Assembly: GCA_039918435.1 (NCBI GenBank)
Contig: JBDSHN010000085.1
Coordinates: 12,666-76,665, forward strand
DNA: 64,000 nucleotides
DNA from: Bacteroidia bacterium
GTDB taxonomy: Bacteria; Bacteroidota; Bacteroidia; Palsa-965
Direction: 5' to 3'
Of the stretch, positions 47,406 through 57,126 are shown piece by piece. Within the stretch, counting starts at the first letter, position 1; each line of letters opens with the position of its first letter. Position numbers and translations under genes: made by a program. The notes under the pieces are model-generated. The model saw only the letters and a list, made by a program, of their open reading frames with translations. It was not told the origin of the DNA and did not search any database.

Positions 47406-48665
47406 ATGAAAAAACTTTTATTACCTGCGATCGCTTTTTTCTCACTATGCGTTACCACCGGCTTTGCTCAACAGCCTGTTCATTGTGCCAGCGAAAATTA
47501 CAAACAACAAAAACTTGCACAAGACCCTTCACTTCAAACTGCGATTGATGCTGAAGAACAAGCTGCAACACAATTTGCCACCGATCATCCGAATGGCTAT
47601 CAGAACCGTTCAGTGATCACTATTCCGGTGGTGTTTCACATTGTATATTCAAATGCAACAGAAAATATTCCGACATCCCGCATTACCGCACAGATGGATG
47701 TGCTTAATAAAGATTACAGGAGAGCAAATACTGATACGAATCTCATTCCAGGTATTTGGAAATCGATTGCTGTAGATTGCGAAATTAATTTTTGTCTTGC
47801 ACAACGCACTCCACTGGGAACCTGGTCGGATGGAATAGAACGCAGACAATCTTCTACTACTTCATGGAGCATGAATGATGACATGAAATACGCTTCAACA
47901 GGCGGATTAAATATCTGGGATAAGACAAAATACCTTAATATCTGGATCTGTAAACTATCCAGTAACATCCTCGGCTATTCCACTTTCCCCCCAGGTAATG
48001 CATCAGAGGACGGGGTAGTTTTAGATTATAGGTATGTTGGAACAACGGGAGCCACAGCGCCTTATAATAAAGGCCGCACTGCAACGCATGAAATCGGACA
48101 TTGGCTCAACATGCGTCACATCTGGGGCGATGATGGCGCTTCGTGTTCGGGAAGTGATAACGTTTCGGATACACCAAATCAGGCGGATGAAAATTACGGA
48201 GCACCATCATTTCCGCATACAGACGGATGTTCTTCTTCTGCACCCGGAGTAATGTTTATGAATTATATGGATTATACCGATGATGCTTCTATGTACATGT
48301 TTACTGCTGGCCAAAAAACACGCATGTGGGCAACACTGAACGGAAGCCGTGCTTCACTTCAGACTTCGAATGGATGCCAGGCTCCGCTTGGCATCGCACA
48401 AAGTATGATGCAAGGCACATTCAGTATTTCACCATCACCAACAACAGGCGCATTCATAATAAATTTTGGAAATGCATCTCCGGAGAATTTTGATCTAAGC
48501 ATCTATAATATTCTCGGAGAAAAAATTTATTTCCAGCATTATGATGCTTTGAATGAAGCCGAACTCCATCTCGATCTGCAGGGAAATCCTTCCGGCATTT
48601 ATCTTGTGGAAGTAATTTCAGCAAACGGCCGCACGACAAAAAGAATTGTGCTCGACAAGCCATAA
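47406..48665 (+). CDS. M43-family zinc metalloprotease paralog with T9SS C-terminal domain
   Basis: HEIGHWLNMRHIWGDD zinc motif. C-terminal FSISPSPTTGAFIINF...GIYLVEV...RIVLDKP CTD. Start at MKKLLLP. Confidence 0.6.
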   Translation: MKKLLLPAIAFFSLCVTTGFAQQPVHCASENYKQQKLAQDPSLQTAIDAEEQAATQFATDHPNGYQNRSVITIPVVFHIVYSNATENIPTSRITAQMDVLNKDYRRANTDTNLIPGIWKSIAVDCEINFCLAQRTPLGTWSDGIERRQSSTTSWSMNDDMKYASTGGLNIWDKTKYLNIWICKLSSNILGYSTFPPGNASEDGVVLDYRYVGTTGATAPYNKGRTATHEIGHWLNMRHIWGDDGASCSGSDNVSDTPNQADENYGAPSFPHTDGCSSSAPGVMFMNYMDYTDDASMYMFTAGQKTRMWATLNGSRASLQTSNGCQAPLGIAQSMMQGTFSISPSPTTGAFIINFGNASPENFDLSIYNILGEKIYFQHYDALNEAELHLDLQGNPSGIYLVEVISANGRTTKRIVLDKP

Positions 48666-48688
48666 TCTGAAAAAGCCAGGTATTTAAG

Positions 48689-48718
48689 AAGCGGGGGCTG
48701 CATTGCTCCCGCTTTTTT
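48689..48718 (+). terminator. rho-independent terminator (AGCGGGGG...CTCCCGCT + T6)
   Basis: GC-rich stem followed by a T-run, after the second M43 gene. Confidence 0.55.
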
Positions 48719-48771
48719 ATGCAAATAAATGAAGGCTTAACATTCACGCAACAGCCATAACAATAGTACCT

Positions 48772-49983
48772 TTGTACCGAAATAATTCTGCTGGTAAAAT
48801 GAATACTTCCATCCGCCCTTCCTCTATACAATCCATTTTAAATCCAGCTGAAAACCCTGCGCACCTGGTCAAAATCGCGGAGAAGGCGATGAAGGGCGAA
48901 CGGATTTCTGTGGAAGAGGGAATTATGCTTTATCGTGAAGGCGAAATCGGATTTTTAGGAAGTGTTGCAAATTATATCCGTCAGCAGAAGCATGGCGATT
49001 ATACTTATTTCAACCGCAATTTTCATGTCGAGCCAACTAACATCTGCGTTTTCGATTGTAAGTTCTGCTCTTATTCAAGACTTCTGAAACAAAAAGATGG
49101 ATCATGGGAAATGAGCGCGGAACAAATGTTGACTATTGTTCGCAGTTATAAAGACAAACCAGTTACAGAAGTACATATCGTTGGTGGCGTTCACCCTAAG
49201 CTTGGTCTGGAATTTTTTGGCGACCTGCTTTCTAAAGTGAAAGAGATTATGCCGGAAATTCATATAAAGGCATTTACAGCTGTAGAATTGGAATACATGT
49301 TCCGCAAAGGAAAAGTGAGCATAGCAGAAGGATTGCAGTTTTTTAAAGACCACGGATTAAATTCACTTCCCGGTGGCGGCGCAGAAATTTTCAATGCAGA
49401 AATCCGCAAGCAGATATGTGAAGATAAATGCACTTCGGAAGAATGGCTTGAAATTCATGAGACCGCTCACAAACTTGGAATTCCTTCAAATGCCACAATG
49501 CTTTACGGCCATATTGAAACATTCGAACACCGCGTAGACCACATGGATCGGTTGCGACAACTGCAGGATCGTACCAAAGGTTTCAATACATTCATTCCGC
49601 TGAAATTCCGCAATGGCGATAACCAGATGTCAGACATTCCTGAAGTTTCTGTGATAGAGGATATGCGCAATTATGCAGTAGCACGGATTTTCCTTGATAA
49701 TATTCCGCATTTGAAAGCGTACTGGCCAATGTTAGGTCGTACTAACGCACAACTTTCGATGAGCTTTGGTGTAAATGATATTGATGGAACGATTGATGAT
49801 TCCACTAAGATCTATTCCATGGCCGGAAGTGAAGAACAAACACCGGTAATGACCACAAAACAGTTGGTGGAACTCATTAATGCAGTCGGAAGGCACCCGA
49901 TTGAGCGCGATACACTCTACAATATCCGCACGGATTATAAGAATTATGACTTTGAAGCAGAAAAAGAGGCTCAAAACGCATAA
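48772..49983 (+). CDS. radical-SAM menaquinone (futalosine pathway) enzyme, MqnC/MqnE family
   Basis: CVFDCKFCSY is a CxxxCxxC cluster motif. CofH/MqnC-like overall pattern. The start may be an internal Met. Confidence 0.5.
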   Translation: MYRNNSAGKMNTSIRPSSIQSILNPAENPAHLVKIAEKAMKGERISVEEGIMLYREGEIGFLGSVANYIRQQKHGDYTYFNRNFHVEPTNICVFDCKFCSYSRLLKQKDGSWEMSAEQMLTIVRSYKDKPVTEVHIVGGVHPKLGLEFFGDLLSKVKEIMPEIHIKAFTAVELEYMFRKGKVSIAEGLQFFKDHGLNSLPGGGAEIFNAEIRKQICEDKCTSEEWLEIHETAHKLGIPSNATMLYGHIETFEHRVDHMDRLRQLQDRTKGFNTFIPLKFRNGDNQMSDIPEVSVIEDMRNYAVARIFLDNIPHLKAYWPMLGRTNAQLSMSFGVNDIDGTIDDSTKIYSMAGSEEQTPVMTTKQLVELINAVGRHPIERDTLYNIRTDYKNYDFEAEKEAQNA

Positions 49984-50315
49984 TCACGAATGTCCTGACT
50001 TTTGATTTTATACAATTCAAAATCAATCTGTTACAAAAAATTTGTTCAAAAACGAATGTCTCGCCTATATAGGCTCTTATACTGTCCCCGGAGAATCAAA
50101 ATTACATTTGATACGTGGAAGGGGTTACGGAATTTCTTTGCAATGATAATATCTGATGCTGCACAGTTGGGTCCTGTAGCACATCATTCCGGAACTTAGG
50201 GACTATAGTCCCCTTAACACATCACCTGGTCGGGCATGGGGGAAAACTTCCCGGCCAGGTTTTTTTAAGAAATAACTTCCTGAAAAGGAAAAAACATAAA
50301 GAGGGGAAAAGAATA

Positions 50316-50597
50316 ATGGGGTCGATAAGTTTTGTAAGCAAAATTGCAATCAACACTGATAGTCAACAAGGAAACAACCGTTCATTGAATATAGAGCTGG
50401 ATTCAAAAGCTGCACGGACGCTTACATTAAGAATCTGCGATGTAAGAGGAAGAGTTTTATTTGAAAAGCATACCGGCTTTCTTACTGAAAATAATACAGC
50501 ATTGGATATTTCAGATTATTCGCTGGGAATGTACACACTTCACCTCGAAAATATCCAGGGAAAAATTCAGACAAAACGTTTTGTGATCAACAATTAA
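50316..50597 (+). pseudogene. orphan T9SS C-terminal-domain-only ORF (probable remnant of a cargo gene)
   Basis: 93 aa, consisting almost only of a Por_Secre_tail-like module LTLRICDVRGRVLFEKH...GMYTLHLE...KRFVINN, with no signal peptide or body. Confidence 0.35.
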
Positions 50598-50636
50598 ACA
50601 AGAATTTGTAATCAGGTAATATCGATTGGGAAAAGT

Positions 50637-50667
50637 AGGCGGACCAGGGGTGGTCCGCTTTTTTTGT
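50637..50667 (+). terminator. rho-independent terminator (GCGGACCA/TGGTCCGC + T7)
   Basis: Perfect 8-bp stem followed by a T-run, after the CTD remnant. Confidence 0.65.
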
Positions 50668-50875
50668 GTTTAATTTTTTCCTTCGCCTATTATCCTTGTC
50701 ATTTAGGAAAGCAGGCAGGCAATCCGCCGCGACGGAGGAGGCAGGAGGCAGGTTTTTAAAAAGCAGGCAGGAAAAAGGCGGGCGGCAGGTTTTTTAAAAG
50801 AGGCTGGCTGCAGAAAATAAGGATCTTTGAACTAAGCACTCCGTACTCAAAACCTAATTTTCCTATTTTGCACCC

Positions 50876-51535
50876 ATGATCGCAGCAGTTATTTACGATA
50901 TGGATGGTTTGATTGTCGACTCTGAGCCGTGGTGGCGGGTGGCAGAATCAAATGTATTTGGGCGATTGAGCAAAGCACCTTCTGAAGCTGATTTTGAAAT
51001 GATGATGGGCCGGCAGATCAAAGAAGTAATTCTGCATTGGCATTCCGTTGCGCCATGGGAGAATTTCTCTGTGGAAGAAACACAAAAGGAAATTCTTACC
51101 GAAGTAGCACGTCTTGTAAAAAAAAATGCATCGTTACTCCCCGGTGTAATGGAGTCGCTGGAATTTTTTAAAAAGAAAAATCTTGCCATCGGACTTGCGT
51201 CTTCTTCCCCACTCCATCTTATCCGCGATCTAATGCAGCATTTCAGCCTTTTAAAACAGTTCAGCGTCATTTGCTCTGCCGAATCCGAATCGCACGGCAA
51301 ACCGCATCCGGCAGTGTTTATCAAAGCCGCAAAAGAACTTGGTGTTGATGCGCAGAATTGTCTCGTGCTCGAAGATTCTTTCAACGGATTAATTTCCGCC
51401 AAAGCCGCACAAATGAAATGTATCGTTGTTCCAGAAAAAGGTTCATTCCATCAAACAAGATTTGATATTGCTGATTTGAAGTTATCCTCTTTGAAGGAAT
51501 TTTCTGAGGAAATGTGGCATTCCATAAATCGTTAG
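50876..51535 (+). CDS. HAD-IA family hydrolase (beta-phosphoglucomutase/sugar-phosphatase-like)
   Basis: N-terminal IYDMDGLIVDSEP is the DxDG motif I. 219 aa. Confidence 0.7.
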   Translation: MIAAVIYDMDGLIVDSEPWWRVAESNVFGRLSKAPSEADFEMMMGRQIKEVILHWHSVAPWENFSVEETQKEILTEVARLVKKNASLLPGVMESLEFFKKKNLAIGLASSSPLHLIRDLMQHFSLLKQFSVICSAESESHGKPHPAVFIKAAKELGVDAQNCLVLEDSFNGLISAKAAQMKCIVVPEKGSFHQTRFDIADLKLSSLKEFSEEMWHSINR

Positions 51536-51600
51536 GGAAGAAGGGACGAATTTTATTTTTTGCCTGCCGCCTGCCGCTTTTTTTCCTGCTGCCTTCTCCT

Positions 51601-52656
51601 TTATTCTATCTCAAGCGGCTTATTATTCACATACGCACGCCACTTTTCAATCAGTGCTTTCATATCGTCAGGAAGATCGGATTCAAACTCTACCCACTTT
51701 TTTGTTTTCGGATGAACGAAGCTTAATTTTTTTGCATGAAGCGCCTGACGCGGACAAAGCGCAAAACAATTATCCACGAATTGCTTGTAACGCGTGAATG
51801 AAGTGCCTTTTAAAATTCTGTCGCCGCCATAAGTTGCGTCATTAAACAACGGATGACCGATCCATCGCATGTGCGCGCGGATCTGGTGCGTGCGGCCGGT
51901 TTCCAGTTTACACTCCACAAGCGTCACATAACCGAAACGCTCAAGCACTTTCCAATGTGTCACCGCATGCCGACCGAAATCTCCGTCAGGAAAAACTTCC
52001 TGCACACGACGATCCTTTAAGCTGCGGCCTATATTACCTGTAACCGTTCCTTCATCTTCGGTAAAATCGCCCCACACCAGCGCAACATAACGGCGATCAT
52101 TTGTGCGCTCAAAAAATTGTTTGGCAAGAAACGCAATCGAAAATTCTGTCTTCGCCACCACCATAATTCCGGAAGTGTCTTTATCCAGACGGTGCACTAA
52201 ACCCGGACGCGTTTCTTCTCCTGTATTCGGAAGATTTTTGAAATGCCAGAGCAATCCGTTGACAAGTGTTCCGGTAAAATTTCCAAATCCGGGATGCACG
52301 ACTAATCCAGGTTGTTTGTTGATAATGACAAACTCTTTATCCTCGTAAAATATATTCAGCGGAATATCTTCTGCGATCAATTCAAATTTTACCGGAGGAT
52401 GCGGAAGTAAAATCTGGATAACATCTCTTGGTTTTACTTTATAGCTTGGCTTAACCGGTTTATCATTGACAAGAATATTTCCCGCATCAGCAGCTGCAGC
52501 CACTTTTGTACGCGAAACACCTGCTAATTTATAAAGCAGCCATTTATCGATCCGCAGCATTTCCTGGCCGGGATCAACAACAAAACGATGATGCTCAAAA
52601 AGTTCCTGGTCGCTATCCGCCAGTGTTGGGTCAATAATTTCTTCTTCCGTCGACAT
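51601..52656 (-). CDS. rluD: RluA/RluD-family 23S rRNA pseudouridine synthase
   Basis: S4-like N-terminus (RIDKWL...VNDKPVKPSYKV) and catalytic HRLDKDTSG. Confidence 0.8.
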   Translation of the reverse strand: MSTEEEIIDPTLADSDQELFEHHRFVVDPGQEMLRIDKWLLYKLAGVSRTKVAAAADAGNILVNDKPVKPSYKVKPRDVIQILLPHPPVKFELIAEDIPLNIFYEDKEFVIINKQPGLVVHPGFGNFTGTLVNGLLWHFKNLPNTGEETRPGLVHRLDKDTSGIMVVAKTEFSIAFLAKQFFERTNDRRYVALVWGDFTEDEGTVTGNIGRSLKDRRVQEVFPDGDFGRHAVTHWKVLERFGYVTLVECKLETGRTHQIRAHMRWIGHPLFNDATYGGDRILKGTSFTRYKQFVDNCFALCPRQALHAKKLSFVHPKTKKWVEFESDLPDDMKALIEKWRAYVNNKPLEIE

Positions 52657-52721
52657 TGCTGCGAAGGTAGGGGTAATTTTTTGTGGAAGGGGAAATTACA
52701 TTGCGTAGAAGCTGCTTGCTT

Positions 52722-53600
52722 CTAAAACAAAATTCTGCAGGAAGGCAAAAGCGCCTGCGCAACTTTTACCTCGTAAGGATCGATCGGATTGCCGCGCAGA
52801 TCAAGTACTGCAAGATTCGTAAGAAAACAAATCGTACCCGGAATATGCGTGATGCGGTTTCCTCTCAATGAAAGATAAGTGAGTGATGTCATGGAAGTAA
52901 TCGAACGCGGAAGAACGGAAATAGAATTACTGTCGAGCCACATTTCTTTCAGTTGACTCATTTGCAAAAGTGGTGCTGGAATTTCTGCAAGACCACATTT
53001 ATAAAAAACTACTTTTTTCAACTTTGTCAATTGAAAAAATTCAGCAGGAAGCGTATCCAGCTTAGTGGAATAAATTTTAATCTCGCTAAGTGTTTTGCTT
53101 ATTGAAGAAATTCCTTTTGTGATTTTGAGTGTGTCTTTATTTGAAGCAATTGAAACAGATTGTAATTTTCCGCAGCCATAAAGTCCCTCCGGCAACGTAT
53201 CGAAATTTGTTCCCGAAAGCTCAATAAACCTTAGCTCGCTCCACATTCCCATGGAGTCCGAAAAAGTGGTGAATGCATTTCCTGACGAATAAAAGTATTG
53301 GAGCGCGGGGAAATTCAGAAATGAAGATGGTATTCTGTCAAGATTATTATTTACCAATCGCAATGCCATCAATCCGTTCAGTGCTGTGGCTTTGGGAAGT
53401 ACTTTTTTATCTTTGAAAGACTCAACACCTGTAAGTTCCAGCCTGTAACAATGAGAAGCGTCCCTTATTGCAGTTTTCAAATCAATATAAACGAACGATT
53501 CTGCAGGCGCAACAGTTTCCCATGGAGAAGCAACCTGTGCTTCAAGACAACGAAAAATGAAAACGAAAATGAAAAGAAGGCAAATTTGTTTTCCTTGCAT
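52722..53600 (-). CDS. leucine-rich repeat protein, secreted
   Basis: Signal peptide. About 9 LxxLxLxxNxLxxLP repeats, for example LTYLSLRGNRITHIPGTICFLTNLAVLDLRGNPI. Confidence 0.55.
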   Translation of the reverse strand: MQGKQICLLFIFVFIFRCLEAQVASPWETVAPAESFVYIDLKTAIRDASHCYRLELTGVESFKDKKVLPKATALNGLMALRLVNNNLDRIPSSFLNFPALQYFYSSGNAFTTFSDSMGMWSELRFIELSGTNFDTLPEGLYGCGKLQSVSIASNKDTLKITKGISSISKTLSEIKIYSTKLDTLPAEFFQLTKLKKVVFYKCGLAEIPAPLLQMSQLKEMWLDSNSISVLPRSITSMTSLTYLSLRGNRITHIPGTICFLTNLAVLDLRGNPIDPYEVKVAQALLPSCRILF

Positions 53601-53658
53601 GCTAATCGCGGATTATCCGGCAGAAAGAAAACGAAAGATAAGAGAATAAAGGTTCATC

Positions 53659-54993
53659 TTACTGCAAGGATTTACTCCAGAGTAAAATTGCTTTATGATA
53701 CGCTTGTGCAACTTCGTCAAGGCGTTCAATGCCACTGATCGATTGCGCTCCTTCTGCTTTGAGCGGCGCTTTTTTTGTAAGCAAAAGACACTCGTTTACA
53801 TTATCCTGGTAAAGTGATTCGCCATACACAAGCGTACCTTGTATCAATCGGGTAAGCGATAAATTCCGACAGAATACGCCGGGCAAACCAGCATCAATAC
53901 AATTCGCAGCAAGGTAAGTTGCATCGGCTGTTTTTGCCAGTGGAGCTTCCAGTTCACTTTTAAATTCAAGCGCAGTAAGTCCGGCAATTTCCAGGCTGTT
54001 TTCAATATCATCTGTCAAGAGCAATCGCAAAAAATCAAAACGTCTTTCGGCATCACCAAGTTCTTTACATTGAAAGCTGCCACCGATAAATGTCATGCAA
54101 TAATTTTTCGGTGAAGGATGATTCCATGGCTTATTTTTTTCATCCACATTAAAATGAATGATCACTGTCAGATCCGGATGAAAAGTGTTAATGAGCTCAG
54201 CACGTTTTCGCAATTCCGCATCACGGAAAACATTTCTAAAGATTGCATTATCGTTGCTGATCCTTCCACTCTTGATCTTACGAAGCGTTTGATCCGCCGG
54301 ATCTTCTCTTATCAATGAATCAAGTGTTCGGCCGAAATCTTCTTTTCTCCATTGGGTATATGTTTTTCCGAATGCGGTCAGGTCAGGTTTGCTTCTTGTC
54401 AGCATAACCTCCGCACCGTCAGCGCGCAACAATACAGCGAGCGCATTGGCAGTTTTCCAAGTCAGTATTCCTTCCGCAATCGAAATTACATTGCTGTCTT
54501 TTCCTGTTTTGAAGAGAAGATACTTATCCTCTATTCTTCCCAGTGTAGTATCAGCAGCAATATGACCGGGATCAAGCGCAATTTTCAAACCTTTCAATGG
54601 CAATTGTGCAGTTGGCCGGGGCTTTAAATATTCCGGTGGAAGCGCATACGTTTTTACGAATTCAGGAAGAAATGGGCGCGTACCTTTTTCAAGCAGCATT
54701 ACTTTTGCTTCTTCGCGTGGTGCAAAAGCGAGCATGTTTTTATAGAGTGAAAGTTCGCTCCAGTTCACGCGGTATTCAGCCTGCTTATTCTTTTTTTCCG
54801 CTGGACCGGCAAAGATGGAAACACCGTAAAGGTCGATGGAGTAAAAACTACCGAGGCACGAATCCCTGTCGATATAGTGACTCATTTTTGCGGTATAATG
54901 TTTCACCAGGCTATCGGCGCCAATAACAGGAAGCTGCGCAGATAAATTCAAGCTGAAGAAAAAAATCAAAATAAGGTACAGGAAACGCTTCAT
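53659..54993 (-). CDS. secreted Amidase_3-like (N-acetylmuramoyl-L-alanine amidase-like) protein, divergent
   Basis: KIALDPGHIA...AEVMLTR resembles the amidase (I/V)DPGHGG...V(M/L)TR layout but lacks the GG. Start placed at MKRFLYLILIFF. Confidence 0.4.
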   Translation of the reverse strand: MKRFLYLILIFFFSLNLSAQLPVIGADSLVKHYTAKMSHYIDRDSCLGSFYSIDLYGVSIFAGPAEKKNKQAEYRVNWSELSLYKNMLAFAPREEAKVMLLEKGTRPFLPEFVKTYALPPEYLKPRPTAQLPLKGLKIALDPGHIAADTTLGRIEDKYLLFKTGKDSNVISIAEGILTWKTANALAVLLRADGAEVMLTRSKPDLTAFGKTYTQWRKEDFGRTLDSLIREDPADQTLRKIKSGRISNDNAIFRNVFRDAELRKRAELINTFHPDLTVIIHFNVDEKNKPWNHPSPKNYCMTFIGGSFQCKELGDAERRFDFLRLLLTDDIENSLEIAGLTALEFKSELEAPLAKTADATYLAANCIDAGLPGVFCRNLSLTRLIQGTLVYGESLYQDNVNECLLLTKKAPLKAEGAQSISGIERLDEVAQAYHKAILLWSKSLQ

Positions 54994-55448
54994 TACTTTT
55001 TCCGGCGTTTTTTCTCTATATGAACGAACGTAACTTTTCCGTTCACGTAATCTTTGGAAATAAAATAGTGCTTGTCGCATTTTGATTTTTCGTATCGCTT
55101 CCGTTTTCCGTTTTCATCATAATCAATCCGTAACGAAGAATATTCATAACAATGCTTCCCTCCCATCCCGATTTTCGTGGTGCGTTCAGTATGCATAATT
55201 ATTCTTCCGCTCAACGAATCAAATTCTGTCCGGATTACTTTTGTTTCCTTATACAGATTAAAAAGATCAATATTCCGTGGTGTTTTGACCTTTGTAACTG
55301 TAACGCTTTTTACATTTCCATTCGCGAAATACTCCTTCCGCTCCATCGGACTTTTGGAAGGCGCTCTTCGCGTTTGCGCATTTATTTCATGCAAAGGAAA
55401 TGCCAGTGTCAGAAAAAGCAGGAAGTTAAATTTGCCTGGAGACAACAT
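54993..55448 (-). CDS. hypothetical secreted protein (151 aa, Lys-rich C-terminus)
   Basis: Signal peptide FLLFLTLAFPLHEINAQ. No recognisable domain. Confidence 0.4.
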   Translation of the reverse strand: MLSPGKFNFLLFLTLAFPLHEINAQTRRAPSKSPMERKEYFANGNVKSVTVTKVKTPRNIDLFNLYKETKVIRTEFDSLSGRIIMHTERTTKIGMGGKHCYEYSSLRIDYDENGKRKRYEKSKCDKHYFISKDYVNGKVTFVHIEKKRRKK

Positions 55449-55539
55449 TACATTAAAAATACGAAAAAGGAGGCAGGAAAATCAGGAGGCAGTAGGCAGG
55501 AAAAACTATTTTCACAATCTTTTTCTCCCATCAGTATAA

Positions 55540-55575
55540 ATTGCCTGCCGTCTCCGCCGCCGCGGATTGCATGCC
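55540..55575. repeat. dispersed element copy TTGCCTGCCGTCTCCGCCGCCGCGGATTGCATGCCCC upstream of arfB
   Basis: Variant palindrome CCGCCGCCGCGG with CCTGCC-type flanks. Confidence 0.6.
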
Positions 55576-55610
55576 CCTTTCCCTTAGCATACCTTTACTA
55601 TCTTTGTCCA

Positions 55611-56021
55611 ATGTCATTGCAAGAACAAAATCTTCACAAAGAATCTTCCATCAAAGCCGTGCGTTCCGGCGGTGCGGGCGGACAACACGTGAACAAAGTT
55701 TCCTCGAAAATCGAAATGACTTTTGATATTCCCAACTCAAAAATCCTGAGCGACGAGCAGAAAAATAGCTTGCTGGCAAAGCTTGATTCAAAATTATCTA
55801 CAGAAGGAATTTTGCGCATCACCGAAGACAGCGATCGCTCCCAGCACGAAAACAAAGAAAAAGCAATTGCGAAATTTTATTTGTTGCTCGAAAAAGCATT
55901 GAAGCCTGTCAAAAAACGAAAGAAGACAAGAGTTTCAAAAGCTGCGAAAGAAAAAAGATTGCAGGGAAAGAAAAAAGAATCGGATAAGAAAAAGATCCGG
56001 AGAGATAAAAACTTCGACTGA
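55611..56021 (+). CDS. arfB: alternative ribosome-rescue factor / peptidyl-tRNA hydrolase ArfB (YaeJ)
   Basis: GGQ motif in RSGGAGGQHVNKVSSKIE and a Lys/Arg-rich C-terminal tail. Start placed at the internal Met, since the upstream part of the tracked ORF is repeat DNA. Confidence 0.75.
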   Translation: MSLQEQNLHKESSIKAVRSGGAGGQHVNKVSSKIEMTFDIPNSKILSDEQKNSLLAKLDSKLSTEGILRITEDSDRSQHENKEKAIAKFYLLLEKALKPVKKRKKTRVSKAAKEKRLQGKKKESDKKKIRRDKNFD

Positions 56022-56029
56022 ACAATGTG

Positions 56030-56165
56030 CAAATTTCAAATTTGTAAATTTCAAATTATAAAGCTTCCAATAAACATTTTCGCCATTTGAACATTTGCAC
56101 ATTGCACATTTAAAATTTACACATTTGAAATTTGAACATTTAAAATTTGAACATTTGAAATTTAC
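56030..56165. repeat. inverted arrays of degenerate AAATTT(C/G)AA(A/C)ATTT tandem repeats
   Basis: The left arm GTGCAAATTTCAAATTTGTAAATTTCAAATT faces a right arm ...CACATTTGAAATTTGAACATTTAAAATTTGAACATTTGAAATTT, between convergent arfB and miaA. Confidence 0.55.
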
Positions 56166-57064
56166 TCCTGTGCCAGGATCAATTTCTCAATCGGAGAAAT
56201 CTCAGAAGGCTTAAACCAGGTTATTTCAACATCCCTTCTCCACCACGTCAATTGTCGTTTCGCATAATTTCTCGAATGCTGCTTAATCAGCTCAACTGCT
56301 TTTTCTTTTGTAATTATTCCATCAAAAAAGTCGAAGAGTTCTTTGTAACCAACAGTCTGCAAAGCGTTTAATTTTCTATTCGGAAAAACAGTTTTTGCTT
56401 CTTCTTCCAAACCTCTTTCCATCATATCATCCACCCGCAAATTGATCCGCGCATATAATTCTTCCCGCTGCAAATCCAATCCAATCTTCAGCACATCAAA
56501 AGGCAATTCTTCCTGCTTTCCCGCTCTCAATTCCGAATATTTTTTTCCCGACAACCGGCAAACTTCAATCGCGCGTATCAATCGTGAAGGATTATTTTTA
56601 TCGATCTCCGCATAAAATTCCGGGTCAATTTTTTCCAATTCCTGCTGCAACGTTTCAATGCCGTTTAATTCAAAGCTGGTTTGCAGCTCTTCACGAATTG
56701 CAAGATCCGCATCCGGCAAAGCATCAAAACCATTCACAGCCGCATCAATATATAACCCGCTTCCACCTGCCATGATCACGATAGAATGCATTTTGAATTC
56801 CGTTTCAAGAATTTTTCTTGCTTCACGTCCGTAAGCGCCCGCATCAATCGGGTTGGCAATGGAATTTTCAGCAATGAAATAATGCTTCACTTCCATTAAT
56901 TCCTGCGCCGCAGGTTGTGCGGTTCCAATCGGAATTTCTTTATAAAATTGTCTTGAATCAGCAGAAAGAATACACGTTTCGAATTTTTTCGCCAGCGCAA
57001 TTGCAATTGCAGTTTTACCAACTCCTGTCGGCCCGAGCACAATGACAAGAAGAGGTTTTTTCAT
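56162..57064 (-). CDS. miaA: tRNA dimethylallyltransferase
   Basis: P-loop VLGPTGVGKT and the ...ADSRQFYKEIPIGTAQP MiaA signature. Confidence 0.85.
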   Translation of the reverse strand: MKKPLLVIVLGPTGVGKTAIAIALAKKFETCILSADSRQFYKEIPIGTAQPAAQELMEVKHYFIAENSIANPIDAGAYGREARKILETEFKMHSIVIMAGGSGLYIDAAVNGFDALPDADLAIREELQTSFELNGIETLQQELEKIDPEFYAEIDKNNPSRLIRAIEVCRLSGKKYSELRAGKQEELPFDVLKIGLDLQREELYARINLRVDDMMERGLEEEAKTVFPNRKLNALQTVGYKELFDFFDGIITKEKAVELIKQHSRNYAKRQLTWWRRDVEITWFKPSEISPIEKLILAQE

Positions 57065-57126
57065 AGTAACTATTCAAAGATTCAATACCCAAAACATTGA
57101 ACCCGGAACCCCGAACTCAGAACTTT

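Noticed and set aside
55152-55610. N-terminal 153-codon extension of the arfB ORF
   Set aside because: The extension spans the repeat-rich intergenic region and is antisense to two real minus-strand genes. ArfB homology starts at MSLQEQ.
56030-56165. Tandem repeats considered as a CRISPR array
   Set aside because: Repeat unit is about 13 nt and degenerate, there are no unique spacers, and no cas genes are nearby.
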